Shown: positions 26,107 to 38,100 of the stretch, piece by piece | Numbering within the stretch: position 1 is the first letter of the stretch | Layout: every line of letters starts with the position of its first letter | Virus record (IMG/VR): IMGVR_UViG_3300037408_000429 | Location: 1 to 60,003 of that record | Length of the DNA stretch: 60,003 nucleotides | Origin: a virus | Taxonomy: Duplodnaviria; Caudoviricetes | Direction: 5' to 3' (one strand) | Program-made: the position numbers and the translations under genes | The notes under the pieces: generated by a model | The model's database searches: none | What the model saw: only the letters and a program-made list of their open reading frames with translations | What the model was told of the DNA's origin: nothing

Positions 26107-29100
26107 CTACTCCTGTCCGCCTTCTTCCTTCTCGTCCGCGAGATGCCTGCGAACGGTCTTGGAAGCCGTGTTTAGTTTGGAGTACCATGCTATGGCGTCA
26201 TCAACGAGTTCTCGATCATCCTTGTTTAGAGAGTTGAGAAACTGTCTACGCCATTTCAACGGCACAGATCCCAGTGGATGTGCGGCCTTGACCGATTGAC
26301 GAATGGACGAAGGCTTGCCGCCCAGTCTGTAATACTCTTCGAGCCAGTGTTTTGATTTTTCTTCGTCACCCCATTGTGCTGCTCGCTTGTGATAGTAGAG
26401 AGCATTGCCCTTCTCCGTTGAATTTCCGCTGTATTCGAATTCTCTGTGCTTGGAATTCTTTAGCCACGTTACCGCCAGATCCCTTGTCAGATAGTAGGAC
26501 GCTTCCCCGGGGTCCGTTGAATAGATCACGAGCGCATCCATGAGAGATTCCGCAGTGCCGGCCTTTCTGGCGGGTTTGTCGGTGACCTTGTTCCAAAGCT
26601 TGTCCAGGGGAGCTACGTTTCTGGCCAGGTAGGCGACTCTGTCTCGAATAGGTTGCCCTCCAGGCTGTAAGCTGGCTCCTTTTTTCCATATAGAAGGATA
26701 GGCAGATCTTCCAAGCGTGATCTCAAAGATAGTCTTGCTTACCGGTTCCCACCCTTGCAGGATACGCTCTACAGGGGCTTTGGCCGCATTGGCAGCTATG
26801 TCCTTGACGGTTGTTTGACCCTTGTTTAGATCCTTCATTTGAGAAGTGAAGTCGCTCAAGTTGAACCAGTCCAGGGCGTCCACCAGTGCGCCGTCCATGC
26901 GGATGTAGCGAATGGATCCGTCAGGACGACGCCCCAGAACCAGGAAGTTCTTCACTCTGGTTGTCCGGCGTAGCAATTCTGTTTCCTTTGGATACCGCTT
27001 GTTGTTCCACATCCACATGAGCGCCAGAAGCAGGTTGATCTTCAAGGCGAACAAGGCATACCTGGTTCCGATCCTGAGACCCAGAGAAGCCGCTGTTCTT
27101 CCTATGCGAGCCGACCTGCTTCCGTCCTCGTAGGCCGTGTTCTTGAAAAGGCGCATGTAGCGGGGCGCGTTGATTTCTGTCCAACTATGGAACGGACGAA
27201 GGTGCCGGCGAATCCACATGCCAGCCAAACTCACGTTCCCATAGTCTCCAATGAGCTCTCTTGATAATTTGGCCGCTTTGTCATCCCGTGTCTTCAGGGC
27301 ATCAATCTCATTGCGCTTGGATGCCGCATACATCGTCTTGCCTTTGGCGAGTTCATTCTGGAAGAACCGATAGGCTGCAAGGCGCAGAATGTTTTCTCGC
27401 CATGACGTAAATGCCTTTAGCCCTCCCCATACCTTCTGGATAGCGTTCCCGTTGGGGCGGTCGCTGGTCAGAAGCCTGAATGCTCCTTCCTTGTCGATGT
27501 CGGGAATTTCGGTAATCGTTAGCCCGGATTCTACGACACCGACTTTGACCGCATGTTGCATTTCAGCCTGCATGCCTTCTGGGGCGTCGTGTGTAACCTG
27601 GTAGCTCCATAGGTCGCTGGCTGCCTTCATGAAGTAGCTAAGTATCCTGGGATCATAGGCCAGTGCGATGTCAAGATCTCCGCTTAGGTTGTTCATGTTG
27701 TAGCGCAGGACCCGCATTGGACTGATTAGCTGCCACTGCTTCCAGGTGCTTTGGGCACCCACCCAGAAGCGTTCTACCGCGTTGCGATCCTGGCTCTTGA
27801 AGTTGTTGAGTTGAGCAGCCAAATTGCTAGGAATGACCCATTCTGTTTTCTTTGAGCCCAGGGCCAGAAGGGTCCGAATGTCTTCCTTCTCCAGCTGCTT
27901 ATTCCCGGACATGACTTTGTCCAGCACACTTTCCTCGACGGTCATAGCAGGGAAGAAGTGGCTCCCTTTCTCTGGCTGCCAGATGGTGTAGTCTTCTGGA
28001 ACCATGTCTTTCCAGGTGGTGAACTGATCCCCAAGGATTTCCCTGATCTCGGACGCGCTGTAATCATCCGGATTCATGCCCCTGTCGATCATGGCCTGTT
28101 CGTTCACATCCTTCGCTATTTGCTTCAACTGGGGCTTGATGTTGGACGATTGGTCCAATCGGTCCAGGGTTTCCTTTTTGATTAGGATAGCCATGGCGTC
28201 GGAAAGCCACTCGAACTCGGCCTGTTTGTAGTCCGTGTTGAAGTCGTGGGCCCCGCCCTTGCGCCCGATCTGGAATCCCTTCTTGTGCGCGTGGAGGTCT
28301 GATCCAACGGCCCCGGGAAAGCTTTCTCTGTCTCTCAGGTAGTCCATGACCTGGCGGTGGTAGTAACTCTCCACGTTCTCCAGTGTCTCACTTGGTAACA
28401 GTCCATTCATCACCAGGGATTCAACCACCGACCGGGACTGATCGTTCCTGATTTTCAAGGCATCTGCTATGGCCTTGTTGGCTGGGTCATTCAGGATTTT
28501 CTCAAACTTGTCCAGGTCTTGACGGGCATGGTCTACGCTCTTATATCCGAATGGCAGTTCGCCCGTTCCATCGTCTATCCCTTCATCGACGTTACGAATG
28601 ATATCCCGAGTGATTATGACCCGGTTCATCAAGTCCTGCTGTGCTGGAGACATCTTCCTCACTACGTTGGCTACCATGTCATGGGCCACCGTCTTGGCGT
28701 AGTTTGCTCCGGCCTCATACTGGCGCAGGTAATCCTGAACGAGCGCCATCTGTGCGCTGTCATTGGGATTTATATACTCGAAGTGCCGCAAGAATGCCTC
28801 CTTTACTCCGCGCAGGCCTTCTCCAACCCTCTTCCATGTTGATTCGGACACGACTCCCTTGTTGGCCTGGTATCTTTTCTCTACTTCTGCAAAGTCAGAT
28901 GCAACAATCACTGCCCCATTGTTTTGGCGCTTACCAAACAGGTCATACAAGAACTTTGACAGAGGGCTCGTAAAGCCATAGGCCATCTCTGCTTCTTGCT
29001 CCTGGTCTCGCTTGGAATCAAGATAGGCCGCAATCGCTTCCTGATAGGCTTCCCCGTGGCGTTCGTACCATTGTGGAGACAGCATGTCATCGAACCAGCG

Positions 29101-32100
29101 ATTGAACTCTTCTTTGGTGTCTCCTGTAAATCTCTTTTCATTTGTGAGACCTTCTGCCGCCATATCCGTGTACAGCATGTCTTCTAGAATCTTCAGCAGG
29201 TTCAATTCTTTCTCAGAGTCCCCCTCTGCCTTGGCGTCATCCGCCTTGGACAACGGCCCTGCGTACTGCTCAAGATCGTATCCGGCGAGTTCCAGACGCC
29301 TGAGCCGGAACTGGATGGTCTTCCTGACATCGGACGACTGGCCCTCATCAATAGCCTTCTTGATTTCTTCCAGCTGCTTTTGCGTCTCTTGAAGCTTGGC
29401 TTCGCCGTGATACTTGGCTTCAACCATTGCCTGGTGCTTGGCCAGGAGTTTTTTGCCCTCTTCCAACTGCTCGGAGGCCCATCCCTGGATCTGGGGGATT
29501 TTCTTCACGCCATTCTCAAGGGACATCTTGAGACCGGCTAGGGTTCTAGCATCGCCTGATGCCACCTGGACGCCATCAAGCGAGATAGACCAGGACTCGC
29601 CGAGTCCTTTCTGTTCTCCGCGTCGATCTGTTATCTGGAACCCATACCCTCCGGGCAGTTTGAGCAACCCGGTGTTCAGCAATTCTACGACATCTCCCTT
29701 TTCGCTCTTCTCTTTGAGTGTCAGTTTCTCTTGGACAGTCTTGAGGATCTTGGGGATTGCCTCCTCCATAGCCTTGATTTCGACCGAATCCAGGACCTTC
29801 TTTCGTTTCTCTCGATAGGCAATGGTCCCCCACTTGTAGGGATCGCGTATCAACAAATCGGCCGCGTCCCTTATGGCCCATCGCTGCGCCGCGAAGAATG
29901 AGTCTTTCTCGGATTGCAGCATGTTGACCTGATTCTGGAGTGATATTTTCTTGGCCACCCGCTGGTCGCCAGTGAAGGCGGCCATCATCTCCTCATAGGT
30001 CATTGTGATGTCGCCAGGATCATCGGCCTCGTTGGCGATTTCTGCCCCCAGATCCATCACATCATCAGCAAATCGCTTCTTGTTGTCCAACATCTGGGCG
30101 AAGAATGCGTCTGCGCTTCCCTCTGTCGCGTAGTTGTAGATGTAGATCGGATCAAACAGGTTCCCAGATCTCTCGATGCGCCCATTTCGCTGTTCCTGGT
30201 TGGCCGGCGTCGTGGAGAGCTCCAGGTGGTGGGCTGCTATCAGGCGCTCCTGGATGTTCACACCGACGCCAAGATTCATGGTTCCACCCATAATGACCCG
30301 GACCTCTCCCGCATTCACCTTGGCAAAGATGGCATTCCGCTTCTTCTCGTTGTCAGGAAGGCGGTCAACAATCTCGTCTGCCGGAATGCCGCGCTCAACG
30401 AGCATCCGCTTGATTTCGGCCAGCATGTTGAACCGTGCGGCCTCTGGCATCTTGAAGCATCTTCCGGGCCCGTAGGCGGCGGGGCTCATAAAATGCTCGC
30501 AGAAGACTACCTGGGTCCCCTTCTCTCCCTGGGATTCCTTGTAGTGCTTCATAATGTTGTCGCACAGATCCACAAGCTTCCCTTCCTTGGGCGCCGGCAG
30601 ATATGGGTCCAGCAGGCGGGGGTCCAGCGCCGCCTGGGCGGATCGGGTGTAGGCCGTGATGGGGATATGCCTTGTCTCGACCTTGACCTTGCCGGCCCTG
30701 TCCCATGCCCCAAGAACCGAACGAATGTAGGACACGATCTGCTGGCTGGTTTCATCAGGCTTCACGACACGGAGGATGGGTCCTCCGGAGGCCAAGGATG
30801 GCAGTTTGGTCCTCTTGATCTGCTTGGCCGTGACACGGTGCATCACTTGGCCCAGCATGGAGCGCAGTTCAGGGATGTTAGAGAACCGACGAAGGCGCGT
30901 CACCATCTTGAAGACGCCCGTAGCATCCAGTTCCGGCTTGCTGGATATTTCCCCGAAGGTCTTCACGAAGGCATCAAACTCCGATATTCCAAGGGATTCC
31001 AGAATGTCGGGGCGCAGATAGCGCAGGTTCGTCCAGATCTCAGCCATCGTGTTCGTGATCGGGGTTCCAGTCATGCAGATGAGGCGGCCGTTCCTCTCGT
31101 GGATGGCCTTGGTCTTCAGATAGAAACTCATGGCCCGCTTGGAGGATTGCGAGTCGATACCCTTCAGGCTGGTAAACTGGGTCCAGAAATCCAGCCGCTT
31201 GAAAGTATGGCTCTCGTCAACTATTAGGGCGTCTGCCTGTAGGTCATCCCAGGTCAGAACTCGGTCTGTCTTGCGCTCCAAGAGTTCGTCCAGGGTGGTG
31301 CCGCGGGCATGTTTGGACTTTTCCGCCTGCTTGGCGCGTTTCCGAGCCTGCTTCTCGTCCACCTCCTTGGGCGCCCTGCCTTCCTCGACTGGTGCTGCTT
31401 GAGCCTGGAGTTGGTTCAACCACTCCAGGCGACCGCGAAGTGCCTGGGCGAATAGGTCTCGACTGCCTCTGGAAAGGTCCAGTTTGAGGCCGCGGACCAC
31501 TTCCTCTACCTTGGCCTTTTCGGCTCGGACGAAGGCTTCGGTGCGAATAGGATCGTCAGGGATGGAAGTTAGATCCTCGTGGGTAAGAATTGCCATGTCG
31601 TAGTCCATGGTCGCCAGACGATGTAAAAACGTCTTTCTTGCCTTGGCGCCTCCGGTGGAGGGCCGCACCATGATGCGACTGTTGGGATAAAGCTGCCGGA
31701 CCTGGGCGGCGAACTGCTGGGCCACAGACCGGGTGGTGGAGACGATGACCCGGTTCGCTTTCCCTAGTCGGCGAAGTTCCATGGCGATGGCCCCGCCCGT
31801 AATGGTCTTGCCGGCGCCCACAACATGGGCCAGGAGTGTGTTCTGGATCAGGCCAGAAAAGACACCTTCAATCTGGAACTTCTCCATAGAGAAGGGTTTG
31901 CCGTTGAAAATCGTCGCCTGCCCCGGGAAGCTGGTCACCGGCATGGTAGGCATCTTGGGGTAAACCAGAACATTGAATCTATCGTTGTAGATTCTTTCGA
32001 TTTCTACAGTGTGTTCGTTGTCTTCCTCCCTTAGCCACTCGCTAAAGGCGTGGCGCAATTCCAGCACCTTTTCCCTGGCCATGGATGTCAGAAGCTTGTT

Positions 32101-35100
32101 TTCCTTGTATTGCCCCTGCCCGACAGAATAGCTGACCTTGATTTCTTCCCAGGTAAGTGCCGATTCTAAAATGTTTATAGGACTGGCTTCACCAAGTTGA
32201 TTCGCCATGGACACGTTCCACTTGGATGACTTGGTAGTGTCCAGGCTCTTGACATACTTATCGCTGATCCTGATGGTTCCTGTGATTTCCTCTCTGCTCA
32301 TAGGCACGTCCAGGCCCATGATCTCTCGGGCAAAATCCTGGAATGTCCTAAGCGGTACCCAATCCGCTCCAAACTTGACGGTGATCTGGGAGATGGGCTT
32401 GGGCTTGGGACGGACTTCCTTCAGTTTGTCTACGTTGTGCTGGAAGAAGGGGTCCTTCTGGGCCGCGGCTTCCGCGGTGTCGATCTTCTCTCGAATGTTC
32501 CCAGACAGATACATCCATGCTGGTTCCAACTTATGGGTTGTTGGATCAACAAAGGCAATATCTTCGGAAAGCATCTTGTTCTTGGCGTCCTCGGACGATA
32601 TCCCCAACAGGCTTCCGATGTATTCCGGGTCGATTCGGAACTTTTCCATGATGGATAACGTGGCGGCCTCGTAGATGTCGGCGGCCTTGGTGATTGCCGG
32701 ACGGATGCGCCCTACGCTTCTGGTGAGGATGTCCACTGGTTTGTAAGTCTTGACCTTTTTAGTGGCGCCTTTTTCTTTGACGAAAGTTTCGCTCACGTCT
32801 TCCAGGCTGGCTACCTCAAAGTAGTCTGGATCATCAACAATATGAGGGTTGACCAGTCCGTTGTTGATCGGCTTGTCCACGCCATTCCGGCGGGTGAACC
32901 GCTTGTAGAGCTCCATGGTCCTGGACCGCAGGGCTTCGCGATCTTCAGTTGGGATGTCTTGGAACTCGGCTTCACGGAGGCGCTTGGCAGCCTCTTTCAT
33001 CTCCAGGTAGACCTTGGCGCTCTCGTTGAAATCCTTGGCCCGTTCCGGGCTCAGTGCCTTGGGGGTAGGAGCCTCTTCGCCTTCTAGGACCTGGCTCCTT
33101 ACCGAGACCCATTCTGCCGGTGTGTAGCGTGTCCCCTCGTAGAACACAACCGATTGGCCGTTCTCGTCCAGATAGATAGAACCGTCCAGGCGCTCGTTGC
33201 TATCCAGTGTCCCAACCTTCCGTTTCTCCATGAGATTGGTGGGTACACCATCCTGGGCCCAGCCTTGTGGCAGGTTGTCGATGGCTCTTTGGAGGGCCTT
33301 CTCGAACTCCCCTTGTGTTCCATCCCAGCGGATCGTCATCCCGGATTGGACGTTGTTCATGGTGTTGATGGCGAACTTCCCAAGAATCTGTTCCGGATTT
33401 TTGGCGAAGTACTCGTTCATGTCGTCCGTCTGCTGGTTCCCGTAGCGATCTTCTCCAAGTGCTACTTCAACAGTCCCCCGGAAAGCATTGGACGGGAATG
33501 CCGTCGAATCCTTACGCCGGAAGATGAGGAGATCAGTAGGGACTTCTGTGCCGGCATTCTTTACGAAGGCATTGGACGGGAGTCGGATCGCGCCTACCAG
33601 GTCAGCTATCTTTCCAATGACATCTCTGTGCTTGGGGTTCACGCTGTCCATGGTCCCCAGCGAAGTGATCGCCACCATCATCCCGCCAGGACGAAGCTGC
33701 TGTAGGCCCTTGATGAAGAACCAGTTATGAAGAGAATGCCCATCCTTCCGAATCTCATGGGAGAACGGAACATTGGTAACAATCAGGTCCAGGCTGTTGT
33801 CTTTGATGGGTGCATTCTCGTAGTCCCCTTCAAAGACATCAACTTCAGGGTAGATGGCCTGGGCTATCTTCGCCGTGACGGGGTCCAGCTCTGCGCCCGC
33901 CACGCTCACGTCACCACGGATGTCCCGCGGCATCATGCCGATGAAGTTACCCACTCCCATGCTGGGCTCCAGGACATTCCCACCCTTGAATCCGAAGGCC
34001 TGGATCATGCCCCAGATGGACTTGACCAGGGGCATGGAAGTATAGTGGGCGTTGAGCGTGGAGAACCGGGCGGCGTCTATTTGTTCCGACGTGAGTTCAG
34101 CCAGGATCTCTTCCGTCAGGGCCCGCCAATTCTTGTTCCAGGACTTGAGGTAATCCGGCAGTTCTACCTGGTTCTTTTCGTACGCCCGGACAGACTTCAG
34201 AAGGCCCTCGTCCACGGCATCCTTGAGGGCGCCCCAGCCAATCCACCTTGCCAAGACGGCCTTCTCCTCTGGTGTAGCCTTGTCCGGCCGACCCTCCTCC
34301 TCCAGCTGTTTAAGCAGGCGGATGATGTCCAGATGGGTCCTGGCGGCCTTGACACGCTGGGCCTCGCTGCCCAGGTTCAACTCGCTCAGGTAGGTATCGA
34401 CTCCGGAGCCATCAATCTCGAAGGAACCGGTCAGGGTTTCTACCCGTCCACGTCCTCCCCGATCCTCACGCACCCTAATATCTGCTCGTTGACCCGGTAC
34501 GCCTCCTGTTCCTCCGGGTCGTACGGAAGTATTCCGTCCATTGCCATCTCCTCCGCTTGTGCTTCCGACGCCCCTCGCTTGAGTGCTAGGTTCTTCCTGT
34601 TTTGGAGCCGGGACTGCTTCTTGTCCACCAAGCTTTGGAACAGGTGTGGGTTTTGTAGAATCTGACGCTTTTCCTCCTGGTCCTTCAGTTCCAAGTCCTG
34701 AAGCACTAGGTCTCTGGCTACGCTCGACGGTATCATGGTCTACCTCTTTTCCTTCCAGTGCCTTTGTTACAAACGCATTGGCATCGGCTTCGGTCTTGAA
34801 TTGGAATCCGGGTATTGCACCGAACCCCTTATAGGAAGAATAAGCCCCTCCCATCCTATGTGCCAGTGTTTTGAGGGCTTGGAATCTTGCGTCGTCTACC
34901 CTCTGGTTTAATCGAGCCACCCAGGTATCGCGCCTTTCCTTGGCGTGGTAGCCCTTGACTGTCTCGATCTCTGCCGGTCCCGCGGGCTTGGCACGTTCCT
35001 CCATGGCCTGGATTGCCGGGTTCTTGTGGGCAGGCTGGGGCGGAGAAGGCTTCTCGGCTTCCGGCCTGGGAGCAGTGGCCTCGGGAGCCTTCGGGGTCTC

Positions 35101-38100
35101 TCGGGGCATGCCGGAGGCCTTGGTCTTCATTTGCTCCAAAAGCGCCTTGGTGCCACTGATGGTCCCAGGAAGTTTGGACCTTGTGTGCTTCTCAAACACC
35201 TTCCTGGAATTCCGATTAGCAGGATCCAGTGTGTCGTTGTAGTTGAAGTTGTTGATAGCGTCCTGAAGATGATCCACGTATTTCTGGGTCATCTTTGTAC
35301 CGGTCAGGCGCTCAAGATCCATTCGAATCAGTTCGCTCTGCTGACGCTTGGCGATGTCTTCATTGGCCTTCGGCTGCTCGCCAACATTGTCAGACGACTT
35401 CTCCAGGAAACTCTTGACGTAGTCCCGGGCCTGTTCTTCCGTGGCGAATCCCTTGCCCTCGGGTAGAACTTCCCCGCTCTCCATGTCCTTGAAGGTGACA
35501 GTGAAGAAGTCTTTGCCTTTCCGCTGGCCCTTCGCCAGACGGACGTTCAGGCCGGAGCCAGAATCCCACGTCTCAAGAACCTGGGTTTCCCCGGGCGTGG
35601 CTACTTCTTCTTGGGAATCAGGCTTGGGCGCCTCTACAGGCGCGGCTTGCTCTGTGACTCTTCCACGATCTGCTGGAAGCTCTTTTTGAATTCCTCGCTG
35701 TCGAGAAATTTCCGAAAGCCGTCGTTCGTAGTCTGTGTAGAGTTCGACGGCGTAATCTTCTGCTCCTGTTGCGGCTGCAACGAGGGCGTCAAACTGGTCT
35801 TCGGAAAGATTTTTTTCACCGTGTAACCTCTCTACAGATTCAATATGCTTCTTCATGGCCTGCTTGGCAAGTTCTCGCTTACTTTTCTGTCCGATTTCCT
35901 TGTCAAGCCATTTGATCCCATCTTCAAGGGCGACCTGCTCCAAGCCTTCGTCCATGTTGATTACCACATGGGCAGGTATACCTTCGTTTTGTAGCGTCTT
36001 GAGTGTCTCCCTCGCCAGAATCAGATTCTCCGCCTGGTGCATCGGACTTACAGGACGACCTTCTTTTGTGAATCTGCCCGCATTCCGATCTACCAGTGTG
36101 TCAAGCGGAGCCAGAACCATCGTATAGGTTGGGGTTTTCCCACCAGACTGGATCCGGCTCATCACATTTTTGATCTCTGTGGGATCGAGATTCAGCCCAT
36201 CAAAGACATATCCAGCCCCGTTGTTTTTCAGGATGCTCCTGGATACCGAGGTTTTCCCTGAACCCTGTGGACCACCCACAACGGCAATTATATTGGGTTT
36301 GCCCTCGGGCATGGGCGCCTTGATGGCCTTATCTTCCAGCCTTGCCACAATGGACGATGCTTCTACAGCAGGGGCATGAAGCCACCCAATTACCGGGTCT
36401 TGTTGCACCCCACCAAACAACTTCGCTGCGTGGTCTGCACCAAGGAGATACCCCCCCTCTGTATCCTCTAAAGCTTGGTAGCGCTGTTCCATCTCCCCTG
36501 GATGCGCCACTGCATGTTTCGCCTCTCGCTGGATCCACTCGTTTATAGATTCGTTCGGCATCCGGGCCAAGATTGGAGAAGCCGGGATCTTAGGGGTGGC
36601 ATCTGTACCCAGAACCAATTCATTCTTCGGAGGGACAACAGCATCCTTGTTGGGGACGGGAGGGGCTTCGACGGGCTTGACCTCTGTGGCCTGGTCCGTC
36701 ATTTTGCCGCGCACACGGCGCCCATCATTCAGGGCGATCTGGACCACGCCTGGCAGCGGGAATGCCTGGATCTGGCCCTCTACTGTTTGACCCTTGTAGA
36801 CAGTCCTTACCCTCTGTCCGATGGTGACGTTCGAAGGCACCGCCGGTACATGTGAGGATGCAGCCACCGCTGGAGGAACTTCTACTACCGGCGTCTGTTC
36901 AACAGGAGCAACTACCGGGATTTTTTGGATTTCTTGGGCTTGGCTTGGTCCCAAGACTTGCCCGCCGAGGACAGGGCCGCCGCCACTATCTGGCGTTGGG
37001 CCGCCTTGGGGTTCGGGGGTCGGCTGTTGCCAAAGGTCCCCTTCTGTTTGTATGACTCCAGGCCCTCCTGGATGTTGGAGGAGATTGCTTCCTGGGACTT
37101 GCCCCTGTTCCACGGCATTGGGAACCTCCTTTTGTGCTTGTAGTGCGAATTTCTCCGCGGCAACTTCAAGTATTTTGTTCTGGTTGGATCTGTTCGCCCT
37201 TCTTGTGTCCCTGGCCCCCAGGTGCCGAGCGGCTCCACCCATCACAATGCCAGTGAGACCGCCGATTACACCCTCGTCCCACTGTTTGAGATACTCGTTC
37301 CTCATGTTCTCAAAAGTGAAAGGCTTCCCGGATTTGGATAATTCCGAGATAACGGCCTGGCCCTGCTCCTCGATCAATCCTTCCGTGACAAAATCCTTGG
37401 CTGCTTCCAGTGTGATCTTGGCGCCTTTCTCGGACATTCGCCGGACCAAGCTCTTGGCGATCTCTTCTCTCAATACTTCCTTGGCGCCTTCACGGGCAGC
37501 AATCCGACCCTCACTCTTCATTAGGCCTCGGATAACATCTCCCGTGGGGCCAGTGGTGTTGGTCACGCCCAGTAGAAGGATGTTGCCAAGAAATGTCTTG
37601 TCACCCGCTGTCGAAGCTATCTTGTGGGCTTGTTCGAGCGTGTAGCCCTGGCGAAGCAATTCTGCCTTCTTTTCGCCATACGAATTGCCAGCCTCGATCA
37701 ACGCCTCACTGGTGCTTGCCGCCCCTGTTCCAAGAAAAAACGACAAGGCCTTCATGCCGGCCTCGACACCCTCTGGCCCTCCGGCATTGGCCACACGGAG
37801 CAGTGTTGGAGACTTGCTTATCGCGGATCCAATGGGCCGCAGAAGCTTCGATCCCATGGTGAATCTTCCCACCACGGATGCGGCCCCGCTTCCTGTTGCC
37901 AGATACGGGATGGAAGACATCATACCTGGACCAGCTTGAGCTCCGACACGATCCCACCATGGTAGCTTTTCCCCTGGTTTCAAACCGCTTTCCATTTGCT
38001 CCAAAACCATAGCGTTCGAATGCAACCCGGCTAGACTGGCTTCCAGGTCTGCCGCCCTCTCTGATAGCCCCGGGGCATTGCCTTGCAGGAGCCAATCAAC